DNA from: Candidatus Bathyarchaeia archaeon
Lineage (GTDB): Archaea > Thermoproteota > Bathyarchaeia > 40CM-2-53-6
Direction: 5' to 3'
NCBI GenBank assembly: GCA_049513715.1
Contig: JBEKVV010000004.1
Location: 128,001 to 192,000 of the forward strand
Length of the DNA: 64,000 nucleotides
The notes below the pieces were generated by a model, which worked only from the letters and a program-made list of their open reading frames with translations, ran no database searches and was not told where the DNA came from. Every line of letters begins with the position of its first letter. The first letter of the stretch is position 1. Made by a program: the position numbers and the translations under genes. Positions 57,917 through 64,000 of the stretch are shown here, piece by piece.

Positions 57917-60900
57917 ATGACAATGACATCAACCGCAACCGTGAGCCCACAAATATGGGACCTGATCAAACATTTCCTTGAAGAGAAAGGACTGGTCAGG
58001 CAGCATGTCGATTCCTACAACGAATTTATTGAGACTGGGCTGCAAGCCATAGTCGACGAATCATCCGAAATCCCTATCGAGATCGAAGACTACCCGCTCA
58101 AAATCAAATTGGGTAAGATTGAGATCGGGACGCCGCGAGTAACCGAAGTTGACGGCTCGGAACGGCAAATATTTCCGACCGAAGCGAGGATTCGTAATCT
58201 TACTTACGCAGCCCCACTCCATTTGGAGATGACCCCTGTCATCGGGGAGAGGGAAGGCCAAACTGAGATTGTGTATATTGGCGATTTTCCCGTCATGCTT
58301 CGTTCTAAGATCTGCCCGTTGTCGCGCATGACCCCAGAGGAACTCATCAGCATTGGAGAGGACCCGCTGGACCCTGGTGGTTATTTCATCGTAAACGGGG
58401 CAGAGAGGGTCGTAGTTGCTCTGGAGGATTTGGCGGCTAACCGAATCTTGGTGGATAAGGAGCAGACGGGCGTTCACCCAACCTACAAAGCTAAGATTTT
58501 CTCGACGACAGTTGGTTTCAGGGCACGCACGGAAGTCACCATGAAGACTGATGGCGCAATTTACGTCACCATGCCAGGCGTCCCAACCGACATTCCAATA
58601 GTCGTCATGATGAAGACACTGGGCTACGAAGAGGATTCGAAGATTGCGGAGTTGATCTCCACCGCTGATCCTCTCCAAAACCAACTCGCCTCAACCTTCG
58701 AGAAATCCATTGGAGTCGTAACCCAACGGGACGCGCTCCTCTACATTGGTAACAGGTTAGCGCCAGGCCAAGTCGAAGACTACAGGCTGAAGAAAGCAGA
58801 AGCGGCTATAGACAGAAACTTCCTACCCCACATAGGGCGCAACCCAGAAGACCGGAAAGAGAAAGCTGCGTGCCTTGCTGAAGTTGGCTGTCGCGTAATT
58901 GAACTCAAACTCAAAATGCGACAACCCGACGACAAAGACCATTACGCGAACAAACGTCTAAAACTCGCAGGATCACTGCTCGCGGAGCTTTTCCGAATCT
59001 CATTCAGAAACCTCATCCGCGATCTCAAGTACCAGCTTGAGCGGATCACTATACGCAGACACGCAGAGCTCTCAATCAGTAACGCAATCCGACCGGGCAT
59101 AATCACTGAAAGGATACAACACGCAATTGCCACGGGCAATTGGGTTCGCGGGCGCGTTGGCGTGACGCAACTACTTGACCGCACAAACTTCTCCTCCACC
59201 CTAAGCCACCTACGCAGGCTCCAATCACCCCTAAGCCGAAGCCAGCCAAACCTTGAGGCCAGAGACCTACACCCAACACACTGGGGAAGGCTCTGCCCGA
59301 GCGAAACACCTGAAGGATCAAACTGCGGCCTCGTCAAAAACTTGGCATTGAGCGCGGTCATCTCCATAGGAGTTGACTCACATGAATTCGTCTCCAAACT
59401 TAGAAGAATGGAAGTCGTCGGAATGGAAGTGGCCGACAGAAAGCTCCGGGAAACAGGAGCGAAGGTTTTCGTTGACGGCTTGATAGCAGGTTATGTGAAC
59501 GATGCAGAGAAGTTAGCTCAAGAACTCGTCAGAATGCGAAGAAACGGCGAGATAAGCTCCGAAGTCAACATCGCCCACTCGCCGCCACAATTCGAGGGCG
59601 CTCGGCCCGAGTTGTATGTGAACTGCGACCAAGGCCGAGTGAGAAGACCGATCATAATTGTTGAAAATCAAAAGCCACGGCTTACCAGGGAACATGTGGA
59701 ATCGATTCAGCGTGGCGAGATGCGTTGGGAGGACCTGATCGACCGTGGAATCGTCGAATACCTCGACGCCGATGAAGAAGAGAACGCCCTTATTGCGCCC
59801 GCACCTAACCGCATCAACGAGAAGACAACTCACCTAGAGATAGCGCCTTACACGATACTCGGGATCGCCGCGTCGCTCATTCCATACCCAGAGCACAACC
59901 AGTCACCCCGAAACGCCTACGAATCAGCAATGGCGAAGCAGGCGTTGGGAGTTTTCTGTGTCAATTACGCTAACCGAGTCGATTCACGCGCCCACATCCT
60001 ACACTACCCACAGGTGCCCGTGGTTCGAACTAAGCCCATGGACATCATCAAGTACGACAGCCGCCCCGCAGGCCAGAACTGCGTCGTCGCTCTTCTCTGC
60101 TACCAAGGCTACAACATGGAGGACGCCATCATCATCAACAAATCCTCCGTGGACCGAGGCCTCTTCCGCTCAACATTCTACCGTGTCTACGAAGGTGAAT
60201 GCAGACAATACCTCGGAGGTCTGAGAGACAAATTCGAAGTGCCTGAAGCAGGAATCAGAGGCTATAGAGGGGACAGGTACTACCGACTCCTAGAAGAAGA
60301 CGGCGTGATCTCAGTCGAATCAGAAGTCACAGGCAACAGCGTACTAATTGGAAGGACAAGCCCACCGAGATTCCTCGAAGAATATAGAGAGTTCGAAGTC
60401 AAAGGCCCAACCAAGAGAGACTCATCCGTCGGCATGCGCCCCTCAGAGGAAGGAATTGTAGACGCCGTTTTTCTAAGCGAATCAATTGAAGGAAACCGCC
60501 TAGTCAAATGCAGAGTCCGAGACATAAGAATCCCCGAATTAGGCGACAAATTCGCGTCACGGCACGGACAGAAAGGAGTCATCGGAACCCTGATCCCACA
60601 CGAGAACATGCCCTTCACCGAGCAAGGCGTCGTCCCGGATGTCATAATCAACCCGCACGCAATCCCGTCACGTATGACCATCGGCCAATTTGTAGAGGCA
60701 ATCGCGGGCAAAGTCGCAAGCTTGCGCGGCGAAGCAGTCGACGGGACCGCCTTCAGCAACGAAAGGCCTGGAACACTCCGCGAAATGCTTCTTGAATTGG
60801 GCTTCCAACACAGCGGGCGAGAGGTTCTCTATAACGGAGTCGACGGCAGAAAACTCGTTGCCGACGTCTTCGTGGGCGTAGTGTACTACCAAAAGTTGCA

Positions 60901-61279
60901 CCACATGGTCGCAGACAAGATGCACGCAAGGGCCCGCGGCCAAGTGCAAATGCTCACTCGCCAACCAACCGAAGGGCGCGCAAGAGGCGGAGGGCTTAGG
61001 TTTGGCGAAATGGAACGTGACTGCTTGATCGGTCACGGCGCGTCAGCATTGCTTAGAGACCGCCTGCTGGAAGAGTCGGACAAGTACATGGTCATGATTT
61101 GCGAAACCTGCGGCCTCATAGCGTACCATGATGTGAAGCAGAACAAGTACATCTGCCGTATAGACGGCGACAAAGCGGTAGTCTCTCCAGTTCAACTCTC
61201 GTACGCATTCAAACTGCTATTGCAGGAACTGATGGCGCTGGGGATTGCCCCGCGCCTAGAAGTATCGGAGCGTGCATAG
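57917..61279 (+). CDS. rpoB: RNA polymerase subunit B (Rpo2, unsplit)
   Basis: GGYFIVNG, ETPEG, GYNMED, GDKFASRHGQKG, RFGEMERD; 1120 aa. Confidence 0.97.
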   Translation: MTMTSTATVSPQIWDLIKHFLEEKGLVRQHVDSYNEFIETGLQAIVDESSEIPIEIEDYPLKIKLGKIEIGTPRVTEVDGSERQIFPTEARIRNLTYAAPLHLEMTPVIGEREGQTEIVYIGDFPVMLRSKICPLSRMTPEELISIGEDPLDPGGYFIVNGAERVVVALEDLAANRILVDKEQTGVHPTYKAKIFSTTVGFRARTEVTMKTDGAIYVTMPGVPTDIPIVVMMKTLGYEEDSKIAELISTADPLQNQLASTFEKSIGVVTQRDALLYIGNRLAPGQVEDYRLKKAEAAIDRNFLPHIGRNPEDRKEKAACLAEVGCRVIELKLKMRQPDDKDHYANKRLKLAGSLLAELFRISFRNLIRDLKYQLERITIRRHAELSISNAIRPGIITERIQHAIATGNWVRGRVGVTQLLDRTNFSSTLSHLRRLQSPLSRSQPNLEARDLHPTHWGRLCPSETPEGSNCGLVKNLALSAVISIGVDSHEFVSKLRRMEVVGMEVADRKLRETGAKVFVDGLIAGYVNDAEKLAQELVRMRRNGEISSEVNIAHSPPQFEGARPELYVNCDQGRVRRPIIIVENQKPRLTREHVESIQRGEMRWEDLIDRGIVEYLDADEEENALIAPAPNRINEKTTHLEIAPYTILGIAASLIPYPEHNQSPRNAYESAMAKQALGVFCVNYANRVDSRAHILHYPQVPVVRTKPMDIIKYDSRPAGQNCVVALLCYQGYNMEDAIIINKSSVDRGLFRSTFYRVYEGECRQYLGGLRDKFEVPEAGIRGYRGDRYYRLLEEDGVISVESEVTGNSVLIGRTSPPRFLEEYREFEVKGPTKRDSSVGMRPSEEGIVDAVFLSESIEGNRLVKCRVRDIRIPELGDKFASRHGQKGVIGTLIPHENMPFTEQGVVPDVIINPHAIPSRMTIGQFVEAIAGKVASLRGEAVDGTAFSNERPGTLREMLLELGFQHSGREVLYNGVDGRKLVADVFVGVVYYQKLHHMVADKMHARARGQVQMLTRQPTEGRARGGGLRFGEMERDCLIGHGASALLRDRLLEESDKYMVMICETCGLIAYHDVKQNKYICRIDGDKAVVSPVQLSYAFKLLLQELMALGIAPRLEVSERA

Positions 61280-61280
61280 A

Positions 61281-64000
61281 ATGGCAATGGCTGAAGAAGC
61301 GACAAAAGTAATCGGCAGTATACACTTCACACTAATATCCCCAAGCGAAATCCGGAAACTTTCGGCTGTTGAAGTTCAAACGGCCGACACGTACGACGAA
61401 GATGGAGTTCCTATCGTATCGGGTTTAATGGACGGACGACTTGGCACACTTGAGCCGCGCCAGAAATGCAAAACCTGCGGCAACACGGCTTCAGCCTGCC
61501 CGGGTCACTTTGGGCACATTGAACTCGCAGAACCCGTTGTACACGTTGCCTTCGCGAAACTCCTTCACAAGCTGCTGCAGGTAACGTGCCGAAACTGTGG
61601 ACGGGTTCTTCTCTCGGCAGACAAGATCAAAGCTTACAATGAGAGGATGCAACGGGAGCAGAAGCAGCTTAACGAAATCCCTTCCACCTTTTACGAGGCC
61701 GTAATGAAGGACGCGAAGAAAAGCCAAGAGTGCCCGAACTGCGGAGCCCGCCAATACCCAATAGAGCACGCTAAGCCCACCACATTCCACGAAATGATAG
61801 AGGGCGGCGCCTCGAGACTGAACCCGAGTCAGATCAGGGAGCGCTTAGAACGCATTCCCGACGACGACCTTCGGCTTCTTGGAATGGAGTCCACCGCCGC
61901 CAGACCTGAATGGATGATTCTACAAGTTCTTCCTGTTCCAGCAGTCACCGTACGCCCCTCGATCACCCTTGAATCCGGTATCCGCTCAGAAGATGACCTC
62001 ACCCACAAGCTAGTCGACATTATCCGAATCAACCAGAAGCTAAAGGAAGCCCTAGATTCAGGTGTCCCCGTAAACATCATCCAAGAACTACACGAACTCC
62101 TACAATACCACGTCACAACTTACTTTGACAACGAAGTCTCCGGCCTTCCACCAGCCCGCCACAGATCCGGCAGAGCCCTCAAGACTCTGAGCCAACGCCT
62201 CAAAGGCAAGGAAGGAAGGTTCAGAGGTAACCTGTCAGGGAAACGTGTTGACTTCTCGGCTAGAACTGTCATATCCCCCGACCCTAACATTGACATTAAC
62301 GAAGTTGGCGTGCCAATTGATGTTGCGCAACGTCTCACCATCCCAGAACGTGTCAACCCTTGGAACATTGAAGACCTGAAGAACCTCATCAGGTCCGGCC
62401 CCGACCAGTATCCGGGTGCACTTTACATTGTGCGCCCCGACGGCCGAAGGGTAAGGCTTGAGTTCGTTACAGAGCGCGAGAGCCTAGCAGAGGCACTGCA
62501 ACCAGGTTTCATAGTGGAACGCCACATCAGAGACGGCGACATTGTACTCTTCAACCGACAACCCTCGCTGCACCGCATGTCCATAATGGCGCACACCGTG
62601 AAAGTTCTACCCTACAAGACCTTTAGGCTCAACCCGTGCGTTTGCCCACCCTACAACGCCGACTTCGACGGAGACGAGATGAACCTACACGTCCCGCAGG
62701 GAGAGGAGGCGCGCACCGAAGCCAAGTTGCTAATGCAAGTACAAGACCAGATTTTGTCCCCACGCTACGGAGGACCCATCATAGGAGCAAAGACGGACCT
62801 GCTCACAGCCGCTTACCTCTTGACGAGAAAATCAACTTACCTTCCGAAGGAAGAGGTGGGGAAGCTCATAACCGCGGCCGGGTACATGGGTGAACTTCCA
62901 ACCCCAGAAATCAAGAAACCCGTTGAGCTCTGGAGTGGCAAACAAATATTCAGCCTGTTTCTACCAGCTGGTTTCAACTTCGTCGCAAAATCAAGCATGG
63001 TCACAAAGGAAGACGGCGCCTCAGTCGTTGTGAAAGACGGGCGGCTTGTTGAAGGCGTAATCGACAAGAACACAATTGGCGCAGAGCGTTCTGAGACCCT
63101 CTTCCACCGCGTCGTCAAGGACGCCGGGTCTGAAACTGGCAAGAATTTCCTGAACGGCCTAATCAAACTCTTAGACAGGTTCATCACACTGCGCGGATTC
63201 TCATACGGAATCAACGAACTCGACATTCCAGAATCTGTGCGAGACAAAATATCCAAAGCAATCAAGAAGGCCGAGGACCATGTTCAAGAGCTGATAGACC
63301 AATACAAGAGAAGAACCTTAGAAAGGCTTCCAGGACGCTCCTTGGAAGAATCGCTTGAACTCCGAATTATGGATGAGTTGTCGAAAGCACGCGACCAAGC
63401 AGGCGAATTGGCGGAACAGTACCTGATGACGGAGACCGACAATGCGGGTGTAATCATGACCAAAACGGGCGCCCGTGGGTCAATGCTCAACATAGCGCAA
63501 ATGGTTGCCAGCGTGGGACAGCAGTCAATTCGAGGTCAGCGAATTCGACGGGGGTACAGAGGCAGAGCCCTCTCATTCTTCGACCGAGGCGATGCAGGAG
63601 CTGAAGCCCGAGGGTTCGTTTACGCCTCATACCAAGAGGGGCTGACGCCTGTTGAGTTCTTCTTCCACTCCATGGGAGGCAGAGAAGGCCTAGTCGACAC
63701 GGCAGTACGAACACAGCAAAGCGGCTACATGCAACGTCGACTCATCAATGCCCTCGAACACATACGAGTCGAATACGACGGAACAGTCCGAGACTCTAGA
63801 GGAGACATAATCCAATTCAGGTACGGCGAAGACGGCGTAGACACAGCGAAGAGCGACCACGGCAAGGCCGTGAACACGGAGCGCCTCGTTGAGCGTGTCG
63901 AACTCACAATCGAAAAAGGAGCGAAGGCAAGCAAGGCCTACATTGAGAAGAAGGTCGATGATGTCGAGGACGACCTTACCCCGAGTTTATCTCAGCAGCT
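61281..64000 (+). CDS. rpoA1: RNA polymerase largest subunit (Rpo1), 3' partial, apparently A'/A'' fused
   Basis: CPGHFGH, GKRVDFSAR, NRQPSLH, NADFDGD, GGREGLVDTA, YGEDG; no stop before the window end. Confidence 0.95.
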   Translation, partial: MAMAEEATKVIGSIHFTLISPSEIRKLSAVEVQTADTYDEDGVPIVSGLMDGRLGTLEPRQKCKTCGNTASACPGHFGHIELAEPVVHVAFAKLLHKLLQVTCRNCGRVLLSADKIKAYNERMQREQKQLNEIPSTFYEAVMKDAKKSQECPNCGARQYPIEHAKPTTFHEMIEGGASRLNPSQIRERLERIPDDDLRLLGMESTAARPEWMILQVLPVPAVTVRPSITLESGIRSEDDLTHKLVDIIRINQKLKEALDSGVPVNIIQELHELLQYHVTTYFDNEVSGLPPARHRSGRALKTLSQRLKGKEGRFRGNLSGKRVDFSARTVISPDPNIDINEVGVPIDVAQRLTIPERVNPWNIEDLKNLIRSGPDQYPGALYIVRPDGRRVRLEFVTERESLAEALQPGFIVERHIRDGDIVLFNRQPSLHRMSIMAHTVKVLPYKTFRLNPCVCPPYNADFDGDEMNLHVPQGEEARTEAKLLMQVQDQILSPRYGGPIIGAKTDLLTAAYLLTRKSTYLPKEEVGKLITAAGYMGELPTPEIKKPVELWSGKQIFSLFLPAGFNFVAKSSMVTKEDGASVVVKDGRLVEGVIDKNTIGAERSETLFHRVVKDAGSETGKNFLNGLIKLLDRFITLRGFSYGINELDIPESVRDKISKAIKKAEDHVQELIDQYKRRTLERLPGRSLEESLELRIMDELSKARDQAGELAEQYLMTETDNAGVIMTKTGARGSMLNIAQMVASVGQQSIRGQRIRRGYRGRALSFFDRGDAGAEARGFVYASYQEGLTPVEFFFHSMGGREGLVDTAVRTQQSGYMQRRLINALEHIRVEYDGTVRDSRGDIIQFRYGEDGVDTAKSDHGKAVNTERLVERVELTIEKGAKASKAYIEKKVDDVEDDLTPSLSQQ

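Noticed and set aside
57917..64000. Inteins in rpoB/rpoA and the long antisense ORFs
   Set aside because: Conserved motifs are normally spaced with no insertions evident; antisense ORFs are shadows of the coding strand
1..64000. CRISPR array, rRNA, IS transposase or tyrosine/serine integrase
   Set aside because: No regularly spaced repeats, rRNA signatures or recombinase/transposase motifs found by eye

Overview
Archaeal chromosomal segment, probably TACK (Bathyarchaeia-like; inferred from single-ORF rpoB, apparently unsplit Rpo1, BHB-type tRNA introns and a non-catalytic EndA subunit). The left third holds housekeeping genes (citrate synthase, hisS, endA subunit, mtnA, dcd, htrA) interleaved with six complete, CCA-encoding tRNA genes carrying 16 bulge-helix-bulge introns: Leu-TAA x3, Arg-CCT x3, Arg-TCG x2, Tyr-GTA x3, Asp-GTC x1 (acceptor stem) and Lys-TTT x4. 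The most striking structure occurs twice with no integrase in the window: an intact tRNA, then cargo, then a partial second copy of the same tRNA with almost identical exons but different, still well-formed introns. At tRNA-Tyr the cargo is one antisense LAGLIDADG endonuclease. At tRNA-Lys a second allele appears split at position 24/25 by 1.65 kb of toxin-antitoxin modules that are themselves bounded by tRNA T-arm fragments. An orphan terminase cassette lies just upstream of tRNA-Lys. 26.5-53 kb is an amino-acid/2-hydroxy-/2-oxo-acid catabolic cluster (ADI-like, atypical OTCase, GabT, ECF transporter, ACD, IOR, LutBC, LarA, thiolase, Acs) containing a ParB-V4R fusion. The window ends in the rpoH-rpoB-rpoA operon. 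All calls come from manual reading; no database searches were run.
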